From the NCBI GenBank assembly GCA_965223265.1, contig OZ244999.1, positions 6,560,001 to 6,624,000 on the forward strand: a stretch of DNA of 64,000 bases, given 5' to 3'. Source of the stretch: Planctomycetota bacterium (GTDB lineage: Bacteria > Planctomycetota > UBA8108 > SXIK01). The notes below the pieces were generated by a model, which worked only from the letters and a program-made list of their open reading frames with translations, was not told the DNA's origin and ran no database searches. Numbering within the stretch: position 1 is the stretch's first letter; every line of letters starts with the position of its first letter. Below, one piece after another: positions 9,872-19,274 of this stretch. Made by a program: the position numbers and the translations under genes.

Positions 9872-10381
9872 ATCATAACCGACAGTGACAATATCAGAGA
9901 AAAACGCCTCGTCTTCTACAAAGACGACATTGACAAGATCAATGGCATCCTCAAGGAGTTCCTCAATCTTTCAGATTGCAAATGCAACATCTTGATTGAT
10001 AAGGAAGGTCACCTTGTGACCAAGGCGGGAAGCACGGACGACTTCGACATGCAGGCCGTCTCCGCTCTTGTTGCTGGAAGTTACGCCGCGACTCGCGAAA
10101 TGGCACGTCTCCTGGGAGAGGACGAATTCTCCGTGCTTTTTCACCAAGGGCGCAAAGACAACATCCAGTTGACACTTGTCGGCGACCGCACGATCTTAGC
10201 GACCGTATTCGACGAACGCACGACGATCGGCATGGTGCGGCTCTACGCCAAAGAAGCGGCGGAAAAGTTGCAGCAGATCTTTGGAGAAATCTCGAAGCGA
10301 GGCGACGACGGCACGAAAGCTCTGGGCAAAGAGTTTTCCGAATCCGCCAAGAATCAGCTCGACACTTTCTTCGCCGATTAA
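9872..10381 (+). CDS. mglB: MglB GTPase-activating roadblock protein (start probably ATC at 9872 or ATA at 9875)
   Basis: LVFYKDDIDKINGIL...LIDKEGHLV...SALVAGSYAATREMARLLGEDEF...IGMVRL resembles myxobacterial MglB; homology extends upstream of the track's TTG at 9992; SD AGGAGG at 9860-9865. Confidence 0.88.
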   Translation: MITDSDNIREKRLVFYKDDIDKINGILKEFLNLSDCKCNILIDKEGHLVTKAGSTDDFDMQAVSALVAGSYAATREMARLLGEDEFSVLFHQGRKDNIQLTLVGDRTILATVFDERTTIGMVRLYAKEAAEKLQQIFGEISKRGDDGTKALGKEFSESAKNQLDTFFAD

Positions 10382-10441
10382 GGCCGCAGGGCAGAACCGC
10401 AAATCGTTCCTACATCTGCCCTGCGCTGGCCGCACCCGTTC

Positions 10442-10747
10442 TCAACGGAGTTGAGGCGTGTCCACGTCATCGTTGACTGGCATCACCGGCCGCGACGAGA
10501 CGTCGGCTTCGCGATCGGCGAAATCCGCTGCGGCCTGGGCGATCTCGCCGAGGCATTTGAAGCTGAGAAAGAGCGCCACGCCACCGATAATCCAGATGAC
10601 GAGACTCAGCAAGAACAGAGACGTCGAGCGAAACTCTCCCTGCCGCCAGAGCTGAGCGGTCAAACCGATGCCCACCGCGACGAGCAGTACTTCTAGATAA
10701 GCCCCGACGATCATAAGATTCGCGAGCGATCGAAGCGGCGAACGCAT
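10442..10747 (-). CDS. small two-TM membrane protein, function unknown
   Basis: 101-aa ORF with two hydrophobic helices, GAGG upstream, co-oriented with the HEAT gene. Confidence 0.7.
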   Translation of the reverse strand: MRSPLRSLANLMIVGAYLEVLLVAVGIGLTAQLWRQGEFRSTSLFLLSLVIWIIGGVALFLSFKCLGEIAQAAADFADREADVSSRPVMPVNDDVDTPQLR

Positions 10748-10876
10748 CTCCGGGCCCTCCTCGAGCCCTCCCCATGGCGCCTGCCCACCGCGTCGATGGA
10801 ACGTCTCGCGCCGGAGACTTCTCTGAGGCCTTAGCTTGCAGCTGGACGCCGTGGCTCCGCGGGAGCCGCGCCGCCC

Positions 10877-13453
10877 TCAGACGTCGTCTTCTTCAAGATC
10901 TTCGTCGTCCTCGAGATCTTCCTCGTCCTCGAGATCTTCCTCGTCCTCGAGATCTTCCTCGTCCTCGAGATCTTCCTCGTCCTCGAGATCTTCCTCGTCC
11001 TCGAGATCTTCCTCGTCCTCGAGATCTTCCTCGTCCTCGAGATCTTCCTCGTCCTCGAGATCTTCCTCGTCCTCGAGATCTTCCTCGTCCTCGAGATCCT
11101 CCTCGTCTTCGAGGTCCTCGTCGTCCGACAGATCTTCCTCGTCCTCAAGACCCTCGTCGTCTTCCGCCAACCCGGCGACGACTGAATCTCCATCGTCGGA
11201 GCGCAGCAGCACCTCCAGTCGTGTGGCGGCTGGTGCTGAAGCGCCGCCAAAGGCGATCCACGCGAAACGCCGTAGAGCCGGATCTTCTTCCGCCATGCCA
11301 TCCTGGATAGCGCTGAGAACACGACCCGACGCTCCTCCGCTGCCACGCAGCACTCTCCCAAGCGCGTCCATCGCCGCAGCACGGATTTCCACTGAGTTGT
11401 CTTGGTTGGAGTACACGCTCGCCAGCTCCTCTGCGGCTGACTCGGCACCCATGCGCCCGAGAGCTACCAAGCTCGGAAGCCGAATGCTGTCGGGACGATC
11501 GTGGATCACCCGCGTCAACGCCGCCGCGGTGTCTTCAACGGGAATCAGCGTGTGAGACGCCGATGACAGTTCCGCCAACGTCGACGCAGCATCAACCGCG
11601 ATCGCTGTCGCCTCTGCCTGGGCTCCCCTCTCAGAGCGGGCGATGCGCTGATAGATGAGTTCCCTGAGACCTTGAGTGTCAATGTTCTCTGAAATCACGG
11701 TCACTTTCCGCTCTTCACTCTCGTGGAGCGATCGCGCTTCAGCGAGATCGGCGGACGGTACCACGACGACGACTGGGACGTTCGCCGTCCGGTAGTTGTT
11801 CCGCAGCTGCTGAACAAAATGCGTTACGGGAGCAACGCCGCGCGGCGAACTCTCAAGTCTGACGCTCAGGTCAACCAACACGGCATCAGGTGGCGTGCCC
11901 GTCACGGCCGCATAGCCCTCTTCGAACGACTTCGCGGCGCCGAGAGAATCAATGTTCAGCTCCCGTAGCATGCGGTCCATGCGATTCGCGAGGGCTTGGT
12001 CGGCCATAATCCGCTGCACCACACGCGAGCCACCCGTCTGGACGGCCTCCGCCAAAATGCTCGCGACGTCGGCGCCGGCATCGAAGTCCTCCGCTGGGTT
12101 CCACTCCGCAATCACGGTCGCCGCAGCAAATCGAACGAGCCTCGAGTCGCTCCGAAGAGCCTGCGTCACTTGATCAGGAACCGAGCCGCGGCTTGGCCCG
12201 ACGGCACGAACCGTCTGGAGCAACCTACGCGCCACGAGCGGACGCGGCCGCTTCGTGTTGAGTGCCACCCCGAGCGCCTTATAGAGAACGCGCGCGGGGG
12301 TCGCCAGCAAGCGAAGCCGCAGGAAATTGTTTACGTACGGTCGCTGCGACTCGAGAATCTGGGCGATCGCAGGTTGGGCGGAGCCTACATTCTGGTCGTA
12401 CTCAAGCAGCATCGCCGCGTCCACGCAGGCGAGGAGAACACGTGCCTCTTCGTAGTCGGGGTCGAGCTGCAGCGCTGCTTCCAAGGACTGCTTCGCCATC
12501 ACATCGCTGAGCTGGAACTGAGCCACCTCGACCGCCGCGATTTGCTCGCCATCCTGCATGAACACCTGCGGGATACCTTGCCGTTGATCGAACAAATTAC
12601 GGCTCGGACGGTAGAAGTAGTTGTAGGCGTTCAGCAGATAGTACTGCTTGGCCGAACGACCGCTACGATACTGTCGAAAGCCCGACAGACCGCCGATCGA
12701 TTCGCTGGCGACCCCGCGGACTTCAGCGCTCGCGTCGGATTCTGCCATCGCACTCAGCGCCGCCAGCGAGCTCGGATGCTTCAATTGCCCGAGAAGCGTA
12801 GCAACGTTGCGTCGCACCAATTCGTTCGGAAACGTCGTCGCGGCTTGTAAGACCTGGATCACTCCGATGTCGAGGTCGGCGAGACTGTGAAGCCACAGAA
12901 GAGCAACCGTCCGGTTGCTCGCATCGGCGTGACCAAGCCGCGCGACGAGTGCTGGAGCTAAAGAGCGGCCGTAGGCGACGGACGCTTCCGCGCGGGCGCG
13001 AAGCGCTCCACCCTGGGCCAGCACTTCCTCCACCACACTCTCGACGGCTTCACGATCCGCGCGACGCGCGCGCCCGATCTCAGCACTGCGCGACAAAAGC
13101 GTCAATGCAACGCCGCGGGCCTGTGGGTCCTCGCTCGCGGCCATCCGCAGCACTTTCTTCATGCGACCGTCGCGGAGCGAGTTGTAGAGACTTTCGCTCG
13201 ACGGATCTTGCTGCAGGATTCGCTCCAACCTCTCCGCCGCGGAGCGGAGATTGCCGGCGTCGAATTCTTCCAGCGCGCGTGCGACCTGGTCTCCCACCTG
13301 GGCGTCACATGGTCGGCTCGCGACCACAGAGGCAACAAAAACAACAGCAATCAAAGCGCTTGGGAGCGCACGCCGGGCGAAACGGCTCTCGATACCCATG
13401 ACCTCAAAACCCTTTCTTACGATGATGAGCAAGGCGACGGGTTCCGTTCGCAC
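10877..13453 (-). CDS. exported HEAT-repeat protein with a receiver-like domain and acidic repeat tail (start may be ATG 13399)
   Basis: Signal-peptide-like N-terminus, HEAT motifs (VRRNVATLLG, IRAAAMDALG), REC-like PPDAVLVD...RTANVPVVVV, (EDEEDL)n tail. Confidence 0.85.
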   Translation of the reverse strand: MRTEPVALLIIVRKGFEVMGIESRFARRALPSALIAVVFVASVVASRPCDAQVGDQVARALEEFDAGNLRSAAERLERILQQDPSSESLYNSLRDGRMKKVLRMAASEDPQARGVALTLLSRSAEIGRARRADREAVESVVEEVLAQGGALRARAEASVAYGRSLAPALVARLGHADASNRTVALLWLHSLADLDIGVIQVLQAATTFPNELVRRNVATLLGQLKHPSSLAALSAMAESDASAEVRGVASESIGGLSGFRQYRSGRSAKQYYLLNAYNYFYRPSRNLFDQRQGIPQVFMQDGEQIAAVEVAQFQLSDVMAKQSLEAALQLDPDYEEARVLLACVDAAMLLEYDQNVGSAQPAIAQILESQRPYVNNFLRLRLLATPARVLYKALGVALNTKRPRPLVARRLLQTVRAVGPSRGSVPDQVTQALRSDSRLVRFAAATVIAEWNPAEDFDAGADVASILAEAVQTGGSRVVQRIMADQALANRMDRMLRELNIDSLGAAKSFEEGYAAVTGTPPDAVLVDLSVRLESSPRGVAPVTHFVQQLRNNYRTANVPVVVVVPSADLAEARSLHESEERKVTVISENIDTQGLRELIYQRIARSERGAQAEATAIAVDAASTLAELSSASHTLIPVEDTAAALTRVIHDRPDSIRLPSLVALGRMGAESAAEELASVYSNQDNSVEIRAAAMDALGRVLRGSGGASGRVLSAIQDGMAEEDPALRRFAWIAFGGASAPAATRLEVLLRSDDGDSVVAGLAEDDEGLEDEEDLSDDEDLEDEEDLEDEEDLEDEEDLEDEEDLEDEEDLEDEEDLEDEEDLEDEEDLEDEEDLEDEEDLEDEEDLEDDEDLEEDDV
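10886..11160. repeat. 18-bp coding tandem repeat (GTCCTCGAGATCTTCCTC)
   Basis: Ten identical units at 10907-11086 with degenerate flanking units; encodes LEDEED on the minus strand. Confidence 0.97.
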
Positions 13454-13697
13454 CCTTGCTTCTCTCTCTTACGGACGGTCGAAACCAAGTTTCCGTCGCC
13501 GAACTCGTCGCTCGGCCGCCCCCGGCGGAAGAAGGCTCTGTGGTAGCACTCGCCGCGGTGGAAAAATCAAAACGCGGCTCTCAGATCCAGCGACCAGTCT
13601 TGGCAGTTGCCGCACATCGCTGAAGCTGAGGCTCGTGACCCTCAGACTCGAGTATAGATCGTGATTCAGTGGGACGTTACCGGAAATTGGCTGGTGA

Positions 13698-13727
13698 ATT
13701 ATACGGCTGCTGCGAAGCCAGTGTCAA
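13698..13727 (-). promoter_or_regulatory. sigma-70 promoter for the HEAT-repeat gene
   Basis: Exact TTGACA-N18-TATAAT on the minus strand. Confidence 0.75.
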
Positions 13728-13901
13728 GGAACGCAGAAAGAGCGTGAACGCTGGGGCGAACAAATGTTGAAAACGTGCCTCGGGTGGGAAACCGGGTCCA
13801 GTCGCGCCCGGATCGGGGCCGGAACGCCCACTGATCCGGCCGACCTCCCACGACGCCAGCCACTCGAGCGCTGAGGAATCGATCAATGTTCGGTCCATAG
13901 G

Positions 13902-14068
13902 CTAGCAGCCTGTTGAAAAAGTGCTTCGAGTCGAAAACTGGTCGCTTCGCGTCCAGATCGACCGCGGCGAACGTAGGTAATCTCCGAGATTTTCGAGGCT
14001 CGCCGCGGTCGATCTGGGCGTGAAGAGGCCAGTTTCTCGGCCGAATGACTTTTTCAACGGGCTGCTAG
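13902..14068. mobile_element. MITE-like element (IS5/IS1182-like ends)
   Basis: TIRs CAGCCTGTTGAAAAAGT / ACTTTTTCAACGGGCTG flanked by CTAG on both sides; internal palindrome CCAGATCGACCGCGGCGA...TCGCCGCGGTCGATCTGG; related copies elsewhere in the window. Confidence 0.8.
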
Positions 14069-14260
14069 GGGTCCTGTACGATCACGTGCCGCCGCCCCGC
14101 GTGAAACCGCCAGAGCCCCGCAGTGTTCGCCGGCGCAGCAGCCATGATACAATGCAGCGTCAACGGCCGTTGCCCCCGCGTCCACACACACAGCCGATTC
14201 ACGTGCGCTGCCTCGACGCTCCCAGCGCGAGCAGGCTGACGCGAAGCGGCCAGACACGAG

Positions 14261-14442
14261 CTAACAGCCGGTTGACAAAGGGGCGTCGAGCCGAAAACTG
14301 ATCTCTTTCGCGTCCGGAATCGGCCGCGGCAGACGCGGGTGATCGGGCGCGCTTGGGCGCTCTCGGACGGGCTTGAGCAGGTCTTGAGCGATCGAGGAGA
14401 GGTGAAGAGGCCGTCGTCCGGACGCATGATTTTTCAACCGCT
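14261..14442. mobile_element. MITE-like element, degenerate copy
   Basis: CTAACAGCCGGTTGACAAAG...GAAAACTG...GTGAAGAGGCCG...TGATTTTTCAACCG aligns by eye with the 13902 copy. Confidence 0.6.
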
Positions 14443-14508
14443 CGGTTTGCCACTGTCCATTTGTGCCCGGATGGCCCAGTCTCGAGCGCGAAGCACCGCC
14501 GGCCAACT

Positions 14509-15852
14509 ATGACACGTATCGCCTACTTTCAACCGTTCTCCGGCATCAGCGGCGACATGGCCCTTGGCGCGCTGGTCGACGCAGGAGTTTCGTTACCCGA
14601 GTTGTCACGGCAGCTCGAGGCGCTTCATCTGCCGGGTTGGCGCCTGGCGCACGAATCTGTTTATCGCGGCGCCTTTCGCGCCAGCCGAATTCGTGTTCTC
14701 TTGGAGAACGACGCCGCAACAGCGCAGGGGCACCCACACCAGCATCGCTCTTCACAAGTGCATGACGCCGGCGAGCACGAGCATGAGCATTCACACTCAC
14801 ACCAACATGGGCATGCGCATGCTCATGAGCACGAGCTACACCCGCCGGGCGGCGACGGCGCTCCCGGGCAAGAAGATCGCTCGCTGTCGACGATCCGGCG
14901 CCTGATCAACGCCAGCGAGATTCCTCCCGAGGTCAAGAGCCAAGCGATCGCAGTCTTTGAGCGACTTGGAAGCGCGGAGGCCAAAGTCCACGGCATCCCC
15001 GTCGAGCAGGTGCACTTTCACGAAGTCGGCGCGATCGATTCCATCATCGACATCGTCGGCGTCTGCCTCGGTCTCCACCTCCTCGGAGTGGACGCCGTGC
15101 ACTCAGCGCCGGTCACTGTCGGCACCGGATACGTCCGCGGCGATCACGGTCGAATGCCTCTCCCGGCCCCCGCAACGGCGGAGCTCCTGCTAGGGTTTCC
15201 GATCGAACAGCGCGACAGTCGCGCCGAGCTCACAACCCCAACCGGTGCGGCGCTCCTGACAACACTCGGCGCCGGGTTCGGCACCATGCCGCGCGGAAGC
15301 ATCACGAAAATCGGCTACGGCGCAGGCGACGATCGTCCGGGCGCGGTCCCCAACGTTCTGCGGCTCTTCCTCCTCGACAGCGCTGAAACTCCGCATGGCG
15401 ACCGTGTCGTCGTTTTGGCGACGAACATCGACGATCTCTCCCCGGAGTGGCTCGCGCACGTGGTGGAGGAGACGTTTGCGGCTGGTGCTCTCGACGTTTG
15501 GCTGACGCCGATTCTGATGAAGAAGGGACGCGCCGCCCACGAACTCAAAGCCATCGTCAAAGAGTCCAAGCGCGAAGAGGTGATTCATGCACTCTTTCGC
15601 CAGGGCGCCACACTGGGCGTGCGCATCACCGAAACGGACCGCGCCACACTCCAGCGACGACAAATTGAGGTCCAAACCTCCTGGGGACCGGTGCGGGTCA
15701 AGATCGGTACGTTCTGTGGCGCGGAAGTCTCAGTGGCGCCGGAATTCGACGATTTGCAAGCGGTTGCACGCAAAGCGAAACGGTCGATCCGAGAGGTTCA
15801 TCAACTCGTCATGGCGACCATTTCTGCGGACGGCACCACTTCGGGGACGTGA
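14509..15852 (+). CDS. larC: nickel pincer cofactor biosynthesis protein LarC
   Basis: FSGISGDMALGAL, His-rich linker, AEAKVHG...VHFHEVGAIDSIIDIVG, ELTTPTGAA, TNIDD, ILMKKGR, PEFDD. Confidence 0.95.
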   Translation: MTRIAYFQPFSGISGDMALGALVDAGVSLPELSRQLEALHLPGWRLAHESVYRGAFRASRIRVLLENDAATAQGHPHQHRSSQVHDAGEHEHEHSHSHQHGHAHAHEHELHPPGGDGAPGQEDRSLSTIRRLINASEIPPEVKSQAIAVFERLGSAEAKVHGIPVEQVHFHEVGAIDSIIDIVGVCLGLHLLGVDAVHSAPVTVGTGYVRGDHGRMPLPAPATAELLLGFPIEQRDSRAELTTPTGAALLTTLGAGFGTMPRGSITKIGYGAGDDRPGAVPNVLRLFLLDSAETPHGDRVVVLATNIDDLSPEWLAHVVEETFAAGALDVWLTPILMKKGRAAHELKAIVKESKREEVIHALFRQGATLGVRITETDRATLQRRQIEVQTSWGPVRVKIGTFCGAEVSVAPEFDDLQAVARKAKRSIREVHQLVMATISADGTTSGT

Positions 15853-15950
15853 GAGGGGCGGCCTGTGCCCGCATCTTGGCTTGGCGCGATCGACTATCCT
15901 GGAGGCTCTCCGCGTGAAGACCCTCAGAGAGACGGCGCTAGCTGTCGGCT

Positions 15951-16874
15951 TCAGCTCAAGAGTTCGGCTTGGTACTTCTTCAACTGATTCTTAAGCCGAA
16001 AGATGATACGGGAGTGAAGCTGGCAGACGCGAGACTCGGAGAGATTCAGTGTCGCACCGATCTCGCGCATGGTGAGATCTTCGTAGTAGTAGAGAAGCAG
16101 GATGAGACGTTCCTTGCGACTCAACCCCTTCGTAATGAACTCCGTGATCTCCTTGCGTTTCAACTCGTACTCGGGATCGACGCCTTTCTTGTCCTCGAGG
16201 ACATCGATCTTGCGAAGCGTTTTCGATCCCTGATCTTCTTTCGTCTTGTCGGTCAAACTGACGATCGTGATCGCGCTCGCTTCGCGGATCAACTCGTGGT
16301 ACTCGTCGATCGAGATCTCGAGCGATTGGGCCATCTCCATGTCGGTCGGAACACGGCCGAGCTGGACCTCGAGAGTCTTCCACGTCGTCTCGATGCGATT
16401 TGCCTTATTGCGAACGATGCGAGGCACCCAGTCGAGCGAGCGTAACTCGTCGAGGATGGCGCCCCGAATGCGTGTCGTGCAGTAGGTCTCGAACTTGACG
16501 CCGCGGCTGAGGTCGTAGCCGTTGACGGCGTCCATCAAACCGAAAATACCGGCACTCGTAAGGTCATCGAGCTCAATATTCTGCGGCAGTTTCGCCAGCA
16601 GGCGCTCAGCGATGTATTTGACCAGCGGTAGGTATCGTTCGATGAGGATGTTGCGAAGTCGTTCGTCGCCTGTGCGTTTGAAATCGCGCCACACCTGCTC
16701 TATGTCGATGCCGGAATCTTTGACAGCGCGAGCGCCGCCTCGCTTCGTTGTCTTGGCGACGCGAGTCCGTGGCCTTGCGGGGCGCGAGGCCGCCAAGCGG
16801 CTCTTCCCCGGCTTCACAAGCGCACCGGCGGAAGTCGTTTCTCGAGTTCTCTTACGTTCTCTGGCTCCGCTCAC
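15951..16874 (-). CDS. fliA: FliA/WhiG-family sigma-28 factor
   Basis: YLPLVKYIA, GVKFETY, RIRGAILDELRSLDWVPR, YYEDLTMREIG...SESRVCQLH. Confidence 0.95.
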   Translation of the reverse strand: MSGARERKRTRETTSAGALVKPGKSRLAASRPARPRTRVAKTTKRGGARAVKDSGIDIEQVWRDFKRTGDERLRNILIERYLPLVKYIAERLLAKLPQNIELDDLTSAGIFGLMDAVNGYDLSRGVKFETYCTTRIRGAILDELRSLDWVPRIVRNKANRIETTWKTLEVQLGRVPTDMEMAQSLEISIDEYHELIREASAITIVSLTDKTKEDQGSKTLRKIDVLEDKKGVDPEYELKRKEITEFITKGLSRKERLILLLYYYEDLTMREIGATLNLSESRVCQLHSRIIFRLKNQLKKYQAELLS

Positions 16875-17127
16875 CGCGGTTCCTCCACACTTCTTCCGAC
16901 CCGCTGCTGCGGTCCGGCACTCTTCTCAAGATCAGTCGGTCGAATGCGGCCCTCACGGTCGATTTGCACGTCGGTTGGTCAGGCCATCAATTTCGCGGCC
17001 CCCTCCTCCCTCGAATACAGTCGGGGCCAACTTCGCTTCTCTTCTCGCTGCGTTGACGCAGCAACCCAATCAAAAACGCTATTCGGCCGAGAAACTGAGT
17101 CTTCGACTCGAAGCGCCTCGTCGTAGG

Positions 17128-17976
17128 CTATTGACTCTTCATTCCATAGACGGCAGTTGCGAACTTACGAATGAACCCAGTCGCTGGTGCCTGCTCTGAG
17201 ACGATTTTCTCCGCAATCAGCCGAATCTTCCGGGCGGCCGACGACTTCGGTGAGCCGACGACGAACGGGACGCGCCGCCGAATCGCATGGCTGACGCGCT
17301 GATCCGTGGGAACAAAACCCAGACCATCGACTTCGAGCGATAGGAATTTCTGCGCCACCATCCGGATGCGCTCGAACACTCGCCCCGCTTCCCGAGCGTC
17401 CCGACACTGGTTGACGATCAATCGAATGCGTCCACGTCCCTTCTCTCTGGCCACCGCCTTGATCACCGCGTACGCATCGGTCATCGCGGTTGGTTCCGGA
17501 ATCGTGATAACCAACACCTCGTCAGATATCGCCGCAAACTGAACCACATTCTTCGAGATTCCCGCCGCCGTGTCGAAGATGACGACATCGAAGCTGCGAC
17601 CGAGATCCTGAAAGCCCTGCACGAGGAAGTCTCGCTCCGCTTGTTCCAAGTCCGAAATGTGTCTGACACCGGTACATCCGGAAAGGAGCGTGACGCCAAA
17701 GGGTGTTGGCACCAAGGTGTCGCGAACACTCGTTTCCCCTGAAAGAACATGGCCGAGGTTGTAGCGCGGCTGTACCGATAACATCACGTCGACGTTCGCT
17801 AGGCCAATGTCGAGATCGACGAGGGCAACGCGCTTGCCAAGCTGCACCAGCGAAACCGCCAAGTTGACGGCGCAACTCGATTTCCCGACGCCACCTTTGC
17901 CGCTCGCGACGGCCAAGAACTTCGCTCGCCCCTCCTCCCCTGCGACAAGGTCCCTCAGCTTCTTTGCCTGGTCCAT
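17128..17976 (-). CDS. flhG: FlhG/FleN MinD-like ATPase
   Basis: MDQAKKLR, ASGKGGVGKS, DLDIGLANV, PEPTAMTDAYA; lies between flhF and fliA. Confidence 0.92.
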   Translation of the reverse strand: MDQAKKLRDLVAGEEGRAKFLAVASGKGGVGKSSCAVNLAVSLVQLGKRVALVDLDIGLANVDVMLSVQPRYNLGHVLSGETSVRDTLVPTPFGVTLLSGCTGVRHISDLEQAERDFLVQGFQDLGRSFDVVIFDTAAGISKNVVQFAAISDEVLVITIPEPTAMTDAYAVIKAVAREKGRGRIRLIVNQCRDAREAGRVFERIRMVAQKFLSLEVDGLGFVPTDQRVSHAIRRRVPFVVGSPKSSAARKIRLIAEKIVSEQAPATGFIRKFATAVYGMKSQ

Positions 17977-17985
17977 GTGGCACCT

Positions 17986-19179
17986 TCAATGAACTGCGTT
18001 CTTGAGCACAAGATCGGCAAGTCGTTCTGGATCGCCGGGCATGATGTCATCCGGGACATTTTGACCATCGGTGATGAATGACACGGGCCGTCCGATCGTA
18101 AAAAGCGCTTTCACGAGCGCGCCGAAGGAAACGGTCTCGTCGACCTTCGTCAGGATCACGGCGTCAAAATCGATCCCCATGAAGCGGTTCGCGATATTCT
18201 CCAGAGTCGAACCGTGAGTCGTGGTACTCAAGACGAGGTGCGTCTCGACATCCGGCAGCACGGATAGAAATCCTCTCAGCTCGGCCATCTTGAGTTCGTC
18301 GCGATGACTGCGGCCGGCGGAATCGATGAAAACAAGATCCACCTCTCGCTCGCGAAATTCATCGATAACATCGCTCAACTCCTGCGGCTGCGCGGCCACT
18401 GCCATTGGTAGCCCGATGATCTCCGCATACTTCTCCAACTGGTCGATCGCAGCGATACGGAACGTATCGAGCGTCACGAGACCAACCCGCATCCGTTCAT
18501 TGATCTTGGCCCGTGCAGCCAGCTTTGCGATGGTCGTTGTTTTGCCGACGCCGGTCGGGCCAACGAGTGCGATCAAACGCGGCTTGATCTTCTTGTTGAG
18601 GGGCGGGGACGGGAGAAAGAGCTGCGTCAACTGGGAATGGACGACTGAACGCACTCGCGCGGGCTCCGGAAATCCTTCCGGAATCTTCAGCGTCGCGATG
18701 TGCTGCGAGAGCCGATCAGCGATCTGGGGATCGACCTCCTTCGAGATCAGGAGCTCGTAGCATTCCGAGAGAAACGGATGGTCATACTTCTGAAGCCCGC
18801 CGGTGCGAGAGACAAACTCCCGGATTTCTTGGCGGATTTGACTCAGGGCGTTGGCGAATTCTTCGTACGACGCAGACGATTGATCTTCGCTTGCCTCGGT
18901 CGCTGGGGTCTCGACTGGAGCCGAGCCGTTCATGGTTTCCGCGCGACTGGGTACGATCTTCCGAGTTCGATTCAGATTCTCTCGCTTGACGTTCTCGATT
19001 CGAGATCGCGTGTCCGCAGCGAACACTTCGACCACCTCGCGACCGCCGAAGCCGAGAACCCCTCCACGCCGAAACGTCCGCGTCTTGACGATCATCGCGT
19101 CGCTCCCCAGCATGGTGCGAACCTTTTCTAAGGCCTCGTCCATGGTGGGGGCTTCGACTCTCGTGAGTCGAAAACTCAT
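17986..19179 (-). CDS. flhF: SRP-family GTPase FlhF
   Basis: GPTGVGKTTTIAKLA, DTFRIAA, DSAGRS, TKVDE, GQNVPDD. Confidence 0.95.
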   Translation of the reverse strand: MSFRLTRVEAPTMDEALEKVRTMLGSDAMIVKTRTFRRGGVLGFGGREVVEVFAADTRSRIENVKRENLNRTRKIVPSRAETMNGSAPVETPATEASEDQSSASYEEFANALSQIRQEIREFVSRTGGLQKYDHPFLSECYELLISKEVDPQIADRLSQHIATLKIPEGFPEPARVRSVVHSQLTQLFLPSPPLNKKIKPRLIALVGPTGVGKTTTIAKLAARAKINERMRVGLVTLDTFRIAAIDQLEKYAEIIGLPMAVAAQPQELSDVIDEFREREVDLVFIDSAGRSHRDELKMAELRGFLSVLPDVETHLVLSTTTHGSTLENIANRFMGIDFDAVILTKVDETVSFGALVKALFTIGRPVSFITDGQNVPDDIMPGDPERLADLVLKNAVH

Positions 19180-19274
19180 ACTCTCTTCCTCCTTTTGCTC
19201 GCTTTTCTGTCCACTGTTTTCATCGCTCAGCTTCGCGGCGACCTCCTACGCCCCACGACGATCGATATCGGCGG

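Noticed and set aside
10886-11160. 18-bp repeat as a CRISPR array
   Set aside because: Contiguous units without spacers, in frame within a CDS, and no cas genes.
10774-11555. Ser/Arg-rich and PRPRDL ORFs in other frames
   Set aside because: Shadow frames of the tandem repeat inside the HEAT gene.
14020-14301. Short ORF beginning MKRPVSRPNDFFNGLL as a transposase remnant
   Set aside because: It is only a translation of the MITE end; no DDE domain.
14509-15852. Isolated larC as a novel system
   Set aside because: larB, larC and larE are commonly dispersed, and the His-rich linker is normal.
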